Source: Rhodosorus marinus CCMP1338
Taxonomy: Eukaryota; Plantae; Rhodophyta
DNA: 64,000 bases
Direction of reading: 5' to 3'
Assembly (NCBI GenBank): GCA_029953675.1
Contig: JAMWBK010000010.1
Location: 372,001 to 436,000, forward strand
Made by a program: the position numbers and the translations under genes. Below, one piece after another: positions 37,994 through 51,469 of the stretch. The first letter of the stretch is position 1. Each line of letters opens with the position of its first letter. A model generated the notes under the pieces. That model had not been told where the DNA came from, made no database searches, and saw only the letters and a list, made by a program, of their open reading frames with translations.

Positions 37994-39074
37994 GATTGAG
38001 GCTTTACAATTCCGTTGATTTAAGCAAAAGCCGTACATGGTATGCTCACTGTCTTCAGTAGGCTCATCGTACGTGGTGGGCTTTTCTGCAAGTGCTGGCC
38101 GGGTTTGTTCCTTGGAAAGGATAGTTTTTGAGGAGCTGAGCATTGGCGGTGCGGGGCAAAATAATGCAATCTTGGACTGAATTAAGCATGAGCAATTCGT
38201 TGTTTTTTTTGTTCACGCGCCAACGTTCTTGTCAAGTCAATCACGATTCTAGTCAGATTCTATTGGGCAACGGCAAATACATATCCAACCTCAGGAATAT
38301 ACTTATAGCGTGGTCTCTGAGGTCTCACCAGCGGTTCTCAAAACTTATAAAGCAGCGTCAATCTTTTGTTGGGCTCTACCGTACTAGTAAACTTGTTATG
38401 CACTCGTATCCGAATCTTGGATTTGCATAGCTTTCTAACCAAGGACCCCGACCTCATCAAAGACAAGTTCCTCCGTGCCCGGATATGCTCAATGCGGTCG
38501 GCATTCGAAGACAGATTCTGCTTGTACCGTCTGTACATCCGCTCAGCTCTATGCCATTGTAACAAAAAAGGACATGAAGACCGTAGAGAAATTGTCAGCT
38601 CGGAAGCCGGCTCACACATGCAAGCAAAGGACCCGAATGAATCAGCTGTACTAACCTCATGTTAAGACCCAGACCAAGGTCCCTTCCGGTTCCAAGTCCG
38701 TGCAGGCCAGCTCTCGCGCGACGACCCGTCCACGCCACACCCCTAATATCCTCGCAAGTCAGTCGATCTTCAGAACGTAAGCTTCCCGACGTGATCACCA
38801 TCTTTCCGTACCCCCTCCTCCTCTCCAAACTCAAAAGAAAGAGAGGATCAAACCCCAAACCTGGTCAAATCACCTCTCCCTCTCTCTCCCGCTCATCAGC
38901 TTTCCTCCCCTCTCTCCCAGCCTCTATAAAACCCTTCTCCATACAGGTCCATTGAAAATCATATTCCCACCCAAAAGAAACCAACGACACTCCCGCACAA
39001 AATTCCCTCCCTCCTCGACACTCAAAAAACTTTTTTGTTTCAAGACATTTCCTTCCCTCCCAACCCCGAAAAGC

Positions 39075-39260
39075 GAAATTCGATCCATTGCTTTCAAACC
39101 CTCTACATCACACCCTCCGCACCGCCCACTGTCCCAAATCAATCCATGCAAATATTTCAATTACAATAAAACTTTCCAATATGTGCATTTTTATTCACGC
39201 AATAAAAGGTAACCTTTCCCCCCCCTTCCCACTTTTTTTCCACTCTTCCGTTTGCATGGA
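39075..39260 (+). repeat. Left arm of a long inverted repeat (partner 41095-41285)
   Basis: caaaccc.ctacatc...cccactgtcccaaatcaatccatgcaaat...gcaataaaa...ccttcccac aligns with the reverse complement of 41095-41285. Confidence 0.8.
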
Positions 39261-40343
39261 TATACATTCTTGAAATATCCATCGTTCCCTTCCCCCCCTC
39301 TCAAGTACTTCATTGCTGACGAATAAATTAAATATAAAATACATTTAGGCATAATTTTTTATTTATTGAAAAGACATATTAGGGGTTGAGGTTTTCAAGA
39401 TATTTTTTATTGAGTTTGGGACAGCGGCTGGGCTCGGAATCATTTCATTAACATATAGTTAGAATGGATATTGAAAACCTTAAAAACTTGTAGGTTTTCG
39501 TAAAAAGGGCCAAAAAAGACGAAATGAAAGGGCCAAATGTTACCCAGATTGGGACTGGGAAGAAAGTAGAGATAGAAAGACAACGGCGGAAAAAAAGGAT
39601 TTCGGAGTGGGGCAAGGGACATCCGGGACAAATTTTCTTTTTTCATTTTTCTCGGCCCAATTCTCTTCGGGCCAACTTGGGACTTTCGGTGGGAACATTT
39701 CCCTCCTTTGCAACAGGTCCAATCATTTTTGCCGCGTTTATTTTTTTTTGAAAGTTCTCCTGGGGGTAGACATAGCCCGTTATTACTTCTTTTGCTCTGC
39801 TTCGAATTCATTTTTATTTCTGTATTCTACATATTACAGAATTTGGGGGCTGTGTAACAAGGGGTAGACAAGATGGGTGGATTGGGAAGATATTGACTGA
39901 GGATCTAGTTTTTGGATTGATGTCGTCGTCCGTTGTTTGGACTCAGATCCAAATGCTGCAAATTTTGATGGAGCGGTTTCTATTGGATATAAGAATATTG
40001 TATTTTTGGAAATAAATATACGCTATGGAGCAGTTGTGAATTCTTATGGCGGTGTTATTGGGCGGTACAGCGTGTATCGCCAGGGGAAGTGTATATCGCC
40101 AGGGAAGTGTCAATCAAAAAATGTGAAGGAGGGTGGGAAACAGTCCTGCTGAGGTTGCAGGCTGTCGTTAATCCCGCGTTTCCATCCCTCGTTTCCTTTA
40201 AAACGCTTGTGTGGACGTCATCGATTCCGCTGCAAACCAAGAAGGTACGATTCGACGGCTCGATTTGTTGGAAAATGCTTGTTGAGATGTTTCTTTTACC
40301 ATTTGTGTTGGTACGGTGCGAAGATGACTGAGGGGGGAAAAAC

Positions 40344-40870
40344 GTGCAGTTGGATTTTGATGAAAAAATTTCATTGCTTTGGCGCGGAAGCAGCACGGGC
40401 TCGTATGATTGCCGGCAAGAGACTTTTGGAAGTACTGTCAACGCCATCTAGCTTCCATTTGCTGTCCTCAATCTCGTCAACAATGAAGACCGAAGCAATT
40501 GGAGCTTATTGCAGGAATTCATAACAACCTACGACCTGGAGTACAACAGTACAACGATTTGGGATTCCAAGCGAAGAAAAGAATTCGCGTGCGAGGGAAG
40601 GAATCGATTCAGCCATTTCCGCGAATATGCCTGCCACGATGAGACGAATGGCCAGCGAAGCCTCTATCTGCCCCAGGGTTGGATTGACTTTCCGTAGCTT
40701 CCCCTCATCTCGGCCCTCAGTCCGCAATGAGTAGTTAGTAGTTCTCAAGCTCGACTGACGCCTTCGGAAACCACTGCTCAGTTTAGTGCGGTTTGTCTTG
40801 ACAGTGGTGTAACGGATTGGGTCACTCAATATGGGAACGTTGAATGGACCAACAATGTTTCCAAGATGTC
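40344..40870 (+). mobile_element. Possible decayed Mutator (MULE) transposase
   Basis: One frame with 3 stops: LPFAVLNLVNNEDRSNW..TTIWD..YACH..W..TNNVS. Spacings W-D 21, D-C 23 and C-TNN 72 aa fit the MULE pattern (PxAFAxVxxExxxxW..SD..CxxH..TxNxxES). Confidence 0.4.
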
Positions 40871-41094
40871 CAGAAACAACTTGGGCGGTATCCTGTGGAG
40901 CTTGATTCCGTCTCTCCTCTATCAGCCGAACTCGACACGCTGGTAGGCCCTGAGACATACGAGGCGCTCTTTGACCCAGTGCAGATGATCATCTGCGATT
41001 GATCAACAGCGCAACTTGAGCGGATGTGCAGACAAAGCAACGCGCTCCCATTGATATGAACATCCAAGTCCCCATTCCCTTTCCCCTCCGAACG

Positions 41095-41285
41095 CAGTGT
41101 ACGATTATTCGTACAAACAAAAGATTTGAAAAAAATGGTGGGAAGGAGGGGGAATTCTGTTTTATTGCTAATAAAATTGAATAGATTTGAAATTTGTTAC
41201 TATAATTGAGGAATTTGCATGGATTGATTTGGGACAGTGGGAGCTGTAAACGTGGAGATGTAGGGGGTTTGCAAGCATTCATTTC
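41095..41285 (-). repeat. Right arm of the long inverted repeat
   Basis: Inverted homolog of 39075-39260. Confidence 0.8.
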
Positions 41286-43618
41286 AGTTAAGCCTGAAAA
41301 CTCGGTGCCGGCCAATTGCCCAGAACGCTTCATACCTGCTGCTAAGCACCTGCTAAGCATCTGCTCAAGTTGCGGTTCTGAGAATCGCAGACGCTCATCT
41401 GCACCTTCCGCGATCGCACAGGTGATGAACAGAACCCAGCCGACACCCTCGAATTTTTGAAGCCAGAGAAGCCAAATCCCAACGGAAACGACAGTGGGTG
41501 TGGAGGCTTGGCTCGCTGAAGTTCATCCACTGCATGCCTAAAAACCCTAGGTTGGTGTAGTACGCTTGGAGCTTTGACTGTTTAGCGCTCTTGCCTTCTA
41601 GCTCCCATTTTCTTGATCGAGACGAAAAATCGTCTCGCGCAGGGAACGAAATCTCGTGCTCCTAGAGGCTAGCAAAGCCTCGTGGGCGAGGGAAACGAAA
41701 CCCTGGTTTCGTACTGGCTCAGCTCTTCGGTAAATTTCAACTGCGAAGATGTATGCTGAATATAGAAGCTACTTTGAACTTGTACCCTGCGACCGAAAGC
41801 GGAAGAAGTGTTTCTCTTCACCCAAGCTACACCTCTTAGCACCACTGAGAAAGCAAAACTGCAAAAAGAACAAGACGAACCGTTCTTCAGGAAACAGTGA
41901 CTTTGGTCTCCGAGCTACTTGTGCTGTCCTTCCCGTCGCACCCTCTATAAATCTGTAGGCGAGGTGACCGATGGCTTCCTTGCCCAAGATGGTTTAAAAA
42001 GGTCCACTTTTCCATATCGTAGAGTGCCGCAGCAGCACGTAACCCATGCTCAGAGGCTCTCCAAGAAAAAACAATAAAATTTCTACTCCGAGAATTTCAA
42101 AAGAAAGAAAAATAACGAAATAGGTGGATATTTTCTTCCAAAACTTATTTTCCTGAAATTCAACCACAAATCTATGAAAATAAAAATATGAATTGTTCGG
42201 AGTATTCAACAAGGGGATATTTTATTGTTTTTAATATTGGCTTCCAACAATTCCAACAAACAAAATTCTCTCAGAGTGCGTTCGTGCATCACGCCCCAAA
42301 AATTGCAGTGATATCTGATATCTGAATATTATGCACAAAATTAACAAAAATTCCATTATATTCTCTTATACTTTGGTATCTTCGTGGAAGTCCGCTTCTT
42401 TTTTTGGAGGGGTGGGGGTGTTTGTGCTGACATATTATTTTTGTTGTGTGGGGGGGGTTTGGTAGTCTTTGCTGGAAAGAGGTACTGGGGGTTTCTTCTA
42501 GAGGGGGACAAAGAGAAAATTTGAGCAACATGGATCCCGTTCCACCGTCAATGTTAGTCTAAGGAGAAGGGGGGTGGTCGGGGTGGCGGGGGGAGATAGC
42601 GGATTACGGGAAGCGGATAGAGTACGTACTCTATGAATGAGATAATATAGATTGCTCAATTTACGACATAAATATGGTGGTTCCCTTCATTCATATCAAT
42701 TTTGGTCGCATTCTAGCTGCTGTAATTTATTTTCAAAACGTTAAAATGCCTAGCGGACGGTTCGCACGGAATCCCCCCTCCCCAAAAAAGGAAGCAAGGA
42801 ACTCAGAAACCCTCATCTTTTTCTTTTTTGCCCTGTGGTTAGGGTTGTCATAAAACGTCTGGTAAGAGTTAGCGGAAGCGTCCGGTAAAGATGGAAGCCC
42901 ATAATATATGGAATAAACGAAGAAAAAGAGTCTATTCAGACAAAACTTTTTTAAAAAAAGCCGTCTGATTAAGCCTGGCTTATCGGACAGGCTTCTCAAG
43001 GATTCTCACCCAACGCAAAGGAAATTTCCCCTCTTATTCAATAGTACGTGTACTAATCCATACTAAAACAATACATCGGACAAAACATGACGAACCCTAA
43101 TCTGGTCCACTTAAATCCCCTTCACCACCTAAATCAAGAAACTACAACCGCCCCCCTCGATTTACATTCCCCTCGAAATAGAATTTTCTTTCCACCCAAT
43201 TTCTAAAGATACAAACTGAGTTAAAATCAATCACTTATAATTTTTTATGTGGGTTATTTTGATTGTTCTTATAGAAATGAAATGGTTTCCGATGGTCATC
43301 AAGTTGAGGAGAGGGGATTCAGTCTATGTGAGATAGGAGGGAGAGAGTGGTGGGGGTGAATGGGTCGAAGGTGAGAGTTATCCTGGAAGCGTCTTTGGGT
43401 TGGTGGTCTGGGAAGAGGGGAGGGGGGGGGGGCTGTGATTAAGGTGGAAGGATGCTTTAGGTGGAGCATCTTTTGTCTTTGTGATTGTGAATTTTTTTTG
43501 AGTTTAGGGCGTGGGGAGGGTTTTTTTGGGGGGGGGGGAAGGTGGTTGGTTTTGGGGTCTTTCGCTGGAAAGAGGGACTGTGGTTGGGTTCAGAAGGACC
43601 AACAGGAATTTAACAAAC

Positions 43619-46509
43619 ATGGATGGTGAGACACAGAGTATGGTTTCCAACCGTGCGTTGGAGGTTCCTATGAATTCTGACCTTGTCATGTCGAATCAGA
43701 TGAGGACTGATGACCTTGAACCTGAAACGTTTGACACAACGGGAACTATGGGATTCTACTCTAGTAGAGTGATCCCGAGGAAGCAGTACACCAAGTTGGA
43801 AACAATTTCGGGCCAGGGCGTTCGATCGATGATGTACGCTCACAATGTGATGCTGCTGCTGGGGGTCATCTATTGTTTAATCATCGTGATCCTGGGCGTA
43901 ACAGCTTGGGTCGTGCCTGAGGATGAACTCAATTTGGGTGTCCTTGATTATTCATACGTCAAGTACCCGGAGGGTTACGAGATCTTTTCTGGGGTTCTGA
44001 TGATTCTGGTGTTCACGTACATGTTCATCTTGACGGTATTCTACTGGAAGCGAATTATTACTCAGTGGTGGAGGAAGAAGGACGTAACGCTGGAAATGGT
44101 CTGGGTCATGGCCCTGACGCTCGGGCTCACGGTATATACTAATCCATTCAATGCAATCGTTGTCATTGAGGAAGCATTGGAAGTTCTCGACCCACAGGAG
44201 ATCACGCCCGAGCAAGAGTTAATCATGTCCACAGTCGAATCTGTGGCGTTTTCAGTTGTGACAACTTGGTACATCTGGACTACGGCACACTCCTACAGAT
44301 ACCTGGATCGAAAACCTGGAATCCTGTTTTATATTCCAAAGATTCTGGTTGTTGCTCTTGGTTTAGTCATCCGAATTCTCGCGTATCAGGATGATGTTTA
44401 CTTAAGTAAGCCCAGCTTGACCATGTGAAGTGCTCTTGTTGCTGCTGGAAGAACCTTTGTGCTACTGGCACGGCCTTTCCTGTTTCGTTCGGTCTCTGAG
44501 CAGTGTGTTTCTTGTTTTGCTCGCTTTGTTCACAGACGAACTGGCTTTGATTAGCATTTTCCGGTACTGCACGTTTATACCGCAAGACCCCAGGATAACG
44601 CAGGATTCGGCTCCCCTATGTTGGGCGCTTTGGCTGATGTTCGTGGAGTTGGTGGGCGTCCTCTGGACGCTTTTCGATGTTTTCTGGACCAGACACTGCC
44701 TGAAAAAAGTTGACTACATGAGATTCCGATCGAAACAGATCGGCTTCCGTTTCTTCGTCTACTTCAACGCAACCTTCTACATCTTTTATTGGATCACGAT
44801 GCTGGTAGTCATTACCGTCACCGTCGACAAGAGAACACTTTTCTTCGCGTTGGCGGGGGGTTGGTGGTTTAGGTTTTCAGGGAGGATCTATCCGTTCGGA
44901 ATGCTGCTCATGTTGAGTTCTTACACTTACGTTACTGCAACCGTTAACCTCCCAGCGCATTTCCACGCGAGGCTCTTCTTCTTCGGGTGCAAACCTTGCG
45001 TGAGAGGGTCACTAGAGCGAGAAGAAGGATTGGTGGACGAAATCGAGCCAATTACGTATCGGAGTACTGAGCCCCAATCATTCGCGGGGAGGAGGATGGA
45101 CCTCCCCACTAGTTGCTTTACTATGCAGACTCACGTATGTTCCGGTCTCAGATCGTCCTATCTTTGTGCAACTCGAAGGCTTGATTTCTAACCTTAAGGA
45201 CGACGTCGACTTTTCTGATTCAATTCACAGGTCCTTATGTTCAATTTCGCGTGGCTTGTGTACTACTACGGCACAGAGAAGTTTAACAACCTTGCTATAA
45301 AGCAGGTGAGCGCGCAGCTAGAGCAGTCTATGAAGTTCTCGCCGTGTTGACGTCAACTACAGCCATCTAGTTATGCGAACGAATCTCGAGTTTTGCGTAC
45401 TAACAGTCAGAGCACTGTTTCTTTGTGTTTCACAGGACGTTTTCAAGTTCGAAGTTGCAGATCACGTTGTCGCCAGGGCTACTGATACGCATGCGCTAGT
45501 TATTGACGGGGAGGATCGAATCGTGATTGCTTTTCGGGGCACGGCATCCGGGAAAAACGTATGGACTGATCTGAAAATTACGCAGAGGCCCCTTAGGGAG
45601 GTCATACCTTCTATTGGAGTCGCTCAAGTCAGTACGGACCTTTTAGCCTCCTCGGCTTGGCGCAAGGCAAATGTGCACTCTGGTTTCGCCTCAGCGTATA
45701 GTGCTGTCGCTGAACGGGTGCTGGAGAAGGTCAAGGAGCTCTATGATGCCAACCCGCGACCTGTTTACTTCACGGGACACTCTCTTGGTGGATGTTTAGC
45801 CACCTTATGTTCCTTGGACTGTTACGTGTCTCTTGGCATTAGCAGCAGAGATATTTTTGTATCTTCGTTCGGGTCGCCGAGGCTCGGAAATAAGTCGTTC
45901 AGAGAAGTCTACGACAACAGTATAGCGAGCTGCTGGAGGATCATTGTGGGACCGGATATGGTGGCGAAGCTTCCACGATGGGGATACAAGCACTGCGGAA
46001 AGAAGGTGCTTCTGACGACTGATGGTGATTTGTTCCTAGATCCCACGGCATTGGAGCTTAAGCTGTGGAGTGGTGAGAAACCTGGGATGCTCTTCCATAG
46101 AAAGGCGAGCTACCTACTTGCTATGAGGACGTGGTGCGATATCAACCACGGGGAGGAATATGTTCCAGAGTTCTGGGCTTGGCCATTCAGTCCGAATGAC
46201 AGTAGAAGGTATTGTAGTGAGTGCAAAGCTGAACACGCCGATGCGAAAGACTGACAGTGACTTTTTGCATTGGACAGGTTCTCGCACGCTGTGAATACTG
46301 CTTCGTCCTCTGCTAGCGCTGCGTACGCGTTTAGGCGCTCGGAGCAGAAACAGAATCGTGGAACGCGGCTGTTCCAACGTGATGTTATGATCTCTCAGCT
46401 GAATTCGGGAGAGCGATCTAGCAAACAGCTTTGGGCGAGTTTGTCTAGGCGTGTCCTCGCCGAAGATAGACGTTCTCTTGTCGATATTGACAAGATGACT
46501 GATTTGTAG
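43619..46509 (+). CDS. Multi-pass membrane protein (TMEM181/Wntless-like) fused to a class 3 lipase, multi-exon
   Basis: Lipase: IVIAFRGT, VHSGF, YFTGHSLGG (GxSxG), FGSPRLGN, DMVAKLP. N-terminal half has several TM segments including EMVWV..YTNPF, W..H..R..FYIPK and DYMRFRSK. Confidence 0.85.
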
Positions 46510-46841
46510 GAAGCTTTTCGGTGTTTTTTTTTTTCAAGATTCGCAAACGATCAATGCCTATATTTTCGTTGGGAGGGGGAGGAGGTGCGGTTTGTGTATC
46601 TAGCAGGAGAGGGATCAATACGGGGCAGTGGCCTGTGCGCCTTCAAAACAGGCTAGAAGATGCGGAATGCCTCAGGACCATGAGCTCGGAGTGTGTTTTG
46701 TTTCATTATTTGGTTTAAGTAAAAACAAGGTAGAACTGAATCGCGTCATGCGAAAGGATTTGACATATCTGCTTTCCTCACCCGCTCAGGGATGAGCAAG
46801 CTCGCGACATCAAGAAAAAAGAAGAGGGGTCACCGCTTTCG

Positions 46842-47291
46842 CTATACAGACTTCTCAGGACGAATAATCGGATGAAGCTGATGCAAAAAGCAAGTGGCCC
46901 ACATGATATACATACACGCGGCAGCCATCAGAACACAGAGCTGTCCCAACCTGCGAACACGGAGCCATAAAGAGGCAAAAGACCTTAAGAACCTTAACAA
47001 AACCCGGAGCCATAAAGAGGCAAAAGACCTTAAGAAACTTAACAAAACCCGGAGCCCGAGGAAAACCAGAAACCAGCATGCAGAAAACGAAGGGTAAAAG
47101 CAAGAAGATGATTCTTCCATCCACAGAAAAACTATCCAACAAGAGAAAAGTTACGCCGATCAAAAGAAAAAACAGAACGCGGCAACCTACGCTTGGTTAT
47201 CCTTGTCATTTCGGAAAATCACCGAAATCAAGAAGTAGCTCACCACGGTAAGCCCCGCAAAGATGATGGATCCTATTAGCAAAGCCCCCAT
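46842..47291 (-). CDS. ATP6V0E: V-ATPase V0 subunit e, 2 exons (47291-47191, 46950-46842)
   Basis: Two TM helices; AACMYIMWATCFLHQLHPIIRP matches the C..W....L.Q.NPL..P pattern. Confidence 0.88.
46960..47056. repeat. 45-bp tandem duplication (2.2 copies) inside the V-ATPase e intron
   Basis: cggagccataaagaggcaaaagaccttaagaa(c/a)cttaacaaaacc twice, one mismatch. Confidence 0.95.
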
Positions 47292-49175
47292 TTGCCTAAC
47301 ACGAACCCACCGCGTCCTCCTCACTGGTCGGTTCAAAAGCGACTTTTCACACAGAAACCCACACACACACACACACACACGCCACAGAGCTCAACCACCA
47401 AAACAGCCAAACAATCAACAGACTTCTCACCTCGTAAAAAAGGTTGTTCCTATTCCAAGCCTAGGCAAAAGTCACAAAGGCTCCTAGTCTGTTCCTCCGC
47501 AAATTCAAAAAAAATAAAATAATAATAATTACAATCCACTTCTCCAACTCCCAAGTGGTTTTCACCTTCCCCAGTGATCCCAACCGAACCTTCTTGGCGT
47601 GAAAGCCGTTATCCCCACACAAACCCATTAGCTGTCCTTTCTTATGATCTAGTCCAAAACAATCTAAAATTATGATATCTACCCTATTCCTTTCCAATAA
47701 TTTCCTAACCCCTTAAGAAAACAGATCGTCCTAATTCTTATACAATATATGATTTTTATATTGTATTAATTATATAAAATAGCATAAGGATCAATAATTT
47801 TGTTTTTATATATAATATTATAGGAGTCACCCCGTTTTTTACTTGTATATTATATAGTTTTCATCGACCAAAGCATCGAGGGGTGTTTGGCTGACGATAC
47901 CTTACCATCAATGTAATTTCCCGTTGCTTGGCTGTTGGCCACCTGTGGAGCGACGGGGGTTGAACAGGTTTCTTCTGATCTGGATTGGTTTATTCTTTTG
48001 CTAGTTGTTAACCCTCGACTAGCTCAACTCAGCTCTCTGTGATGTGAGATCATCAGAAAATGAATTTCAGTCATCATAAACAGCGTTGGAGCTTACTAGG
48101 TACTCCCCTCACACTTACCATCAACCACCACGGACTTCTCTAGTCAAGCCGAGCCCTCAAATACCCTCCTCCTTCCTCTTCTCCCCCCCAGTCCGATCGA
48201 ATAAAGACAGCCATATGTTTTTATTACTATTTTATGTCCAAAATTCGATCAGGTGGTCAATCTGATGACTGCTAACCCCCCCCCTCCCCGGCTCAATCAG
48301 CATCCCTAAAATGCTAGAATATGAACATTTTCTATTGAAATAGGAGCCCGGATTTAGCAATTTTATTCTATTCAGCTAATCTAGAATATCTGGAAACATA
48401 TATTTTTCTTCGTATTTTCAAGGCCTTATCGGACCAACGCTTGATCAAAAAATAAAATAGAAAGTAGACTCGTGGAACAAGCTTTCCATTGGCGAGAAAA
48501 GTACAGAATCGTAGACATACGGATAATAATATCAATAATTTTGTATATATTGATATGCTCTGAGGCTTGTTTTAGTCGTAGATATGATCTACGGTAGTTT
48601 TCTTCGTTTTTATTTTCTTTATGAGGTCAAAAATAATAGAAAATAAAACAAATTAATCGATATGTCTGTGGGTGTCTCATACAGAGAGTTGGGTGTTGAT
48701 CAAGAACATCTATGTGTTGCACAGTTCAATGAGCTTTGGTGGGAACAGACACAGTTCAGTAGAGGGCCAAGCTGCCAGGAGAATTTCTGCAGCAGCCCTA
48801 GAGAGCAGCGCAGGTGATCTGAAAAATTCGGTTCAACTTCATACGACGTAGTGTTGGTGTTCTGATCAGCAAGGGGGGTTTGCGAAACAGCAAACCTGGG
48901 CTTCTCTAGACTGCAAATGAGTAACCGTGAACTTTACTGGGCAGCTGCCCTCTTCCCTCGCTATGCTGACTTTTCGGCTTGGGTACAGAACGAGATCAGG
49001 CTCATCAGGATGGGCTTGAGATCATTGCACGATTCGCGCTCTGGTGACACCGGTTCGGAGAGCCTGCTCTGATAATACGTAGATACATTATTGTCGCGCT
49101 TCACCTCGTCTTTGGTATTTACTGGGCTTCTTGAGGCTAATCCCAGAACTTTCTTCCCTTCAGAACACATCACAC

Positions 49176-51243
49176 CTAGCTTGATCTCTCCTTGCAGAGC
49201 TTATACATACTGATCACCTGATTCCATCGGTCTTCCGTGAGGCCGGACTCACCGTATGTTCGTGCTCGGGCTCTGGCTAGCGATAGCCATCGGTGCAATG
49301 TGTCCTGGTCCACATGGGCCTAACCAGTTCCAGAGGATCAGGAAAGGTCTAAGAACGAGCGAGCACCGGCGGGAATCACAAGCGTTTAGCGTAGCCGATG
49401 CGCTTACCGGAAACTGTCTTCTCATTTCCACAAATTGATTCTCGATCTTCGTTGACACAGGCTCGGGAACCTCAAACGCAGGCTCCGGTGTCGACAGAAT
49501 AGTCAATCCCAATCGAAGCTTCCTCAGAGTATCCCCAGAAGGACTCGCCATAGATGGCTGGTACTTTGCCTCCTCACGACAAACTAGGGTATCATCGAAC
49601 GGGAGAAGGGACTTTGTTCTGCTCAAGGACAACACCTACGGGGCGTTCGCTTAATCTCAGTAATCTGTAGACGACCAAACGACGCAAGTCTCGTAGCTCA
49701 AGCGAGGATTGTCGTGTAAGTCTTACAGGAATGTTCGTATTCACTTCCATCTGATAAAATTCGAAGTCGTAGTTAAGCATCTGGCGGGTAACAATCTCTT
49801 TCAGCGCGCTCAAGTTCTTCAGTCCGCGTTCATTCAGTTGACCCGGCTCGAGGTTTGTCTCGTCCAGGACTAGTACGGTGCCCTCTGGGAGTTGAAGTCT
49901 TGATGATTGCAGTCGATTCTGTGCATAGTTCTTCTTTGGTACAAAGTTCTCCGTATTCAGGGACTGGATCGTTACGGGAATCACATGTACTCTCGGGCAG
50001 AGCGCTTCCAATGTTGAAATCACCTGTTGGAATTGAAAGAGGAGAGGAAACGCCGAGTAAGCAACCGCGGGCTTTTTTGACGAGTTTTTCTTTGAATTTG
50101 AACTCCAACCTTGGACGACGGCAGATCCTTTGGAATAATGAAGTTGAGAGAAATTTTTCCAACAACCATGGTATCTGTTCTCCGCTCGACGCGGGAAACC
50201 AAGTTAGTCAAAGCATACTCAGCTGCGAGCTCATCCCCCATTAGTGCACTCCTGAGGCTTTCGACAAGCTGTTGCCGCAGTTCTGGCAGGGCCATCTTAA
50301 ACTGGTTCCTAGAATCGCTCAAGAGCTCCGTTGATGAAAACTCCTCGGCGAACGGACCAGCTTCCAGCTCGTTCAGCTTTTTAACCGATATCGCGTGGAC
50401 TTTGCGCACGGCGACACCTAGGATGATATCCAATTTCGCAGGGCAGGCCTTAGAAGCATTCGGATATACAAGCGTGGATCACGGCAACTCACCTAGCTCT
50501 GAGGTCTCCATGTCCTCCCCACCAAAACCGTTTTCGATCGTCTCACCCTCCTCCACGATGCCCACAACCTCGACCATCTGATTCAATAGTGGCTGGTTCA
50601 TAAGGCTGTTGTCGTAAATCTTCACCACAACACCAAAGGCCCCTTCCGCAAGCTCGGAAGGAATTGGGAGGTTCAAGCTCAAAGAGGGTGTGGCAGGCTG
50701 CTCACTTTTCATTTCCACATCCTCCCGTTTACCTCGCTTCGCTTCCTCACTATGCGCCAAGTTCTCCTTGTTAAGGTCCAGTGGCTCATGAGTCTCCCCC
50801 ATATCGGAGGAGAACTTTCTCTTTGGAATTTTTTGCTCAGTTTTCTGATCGATCTGTTCCCCAGTCGGCTGCCGCGACCATTTGGTTCTTCCGGGGATTG
50901 ATACACAATACAATGGAAGTCTCTCTGAGAGCAGATCAGATGACGGCGCCTGATTCGCAAGTTCCGGATCTGCAACCTGATCACAACAGATTGCCGTCTT
51001 GTTCATTTCGGACCCGTATCTAAAAAAGTAGATCTCCTGCTCGAAAACGTCCTGGACAAAGCACTTGAACTTCACCAGGTCTCCCGCTGTAGACTTTTCA
51101 GACAACTCGGGTACGCTCTCCGCGCTCTCCACTACGCCTTGAAATAACTTGTCCACCACCTCTGGCGTCGCACGAACCTCCCGTCCCATGTCTCCAAACC
51201 TCGCACGAATCGTATCAAGAGGTCTCATAGTTCCCACAGTCAT
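49176..51243 (-). CDS. MCMBP: MCM complex-binding protein, multi-exon
   Basis: LVKFKCFVQD, ERLPLYCVSIPG, VVKIYD, GDELAAEY, KNYAQNRLQS..LQL..LVLDE..LEPGQL, FVEMRR and LHRWLSLAR..YG..W segments. Confidence 0.93.
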
Positions 51244-51469
51244 AGCTTACACAATCTCCACTACCCAGATACCTAAGAAAAGCCTCTCCTTCTCTTTCTT
51301 CTCCAGAAAACCCTTCAAATACAATCTCCTTTCCTTCAACCGGAATCTCCCCAACCCGCATCTTCCCAGTCTACTAATGGGGTATTACCCCATCCAATCC
51401 TCACAAGTAAAACCATGTCCCCGATAAGCGCTCAAACCCAACTCGCCTCGAGAAAATAAAACATTTCAG

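Noticed and set aside
48961-49173. ORF as the last exon of MCMBP
   Set aside because: The homologous frame (LHRWLSLAR..YGESG..W) ends at TAG 49176-78 without further splicing.
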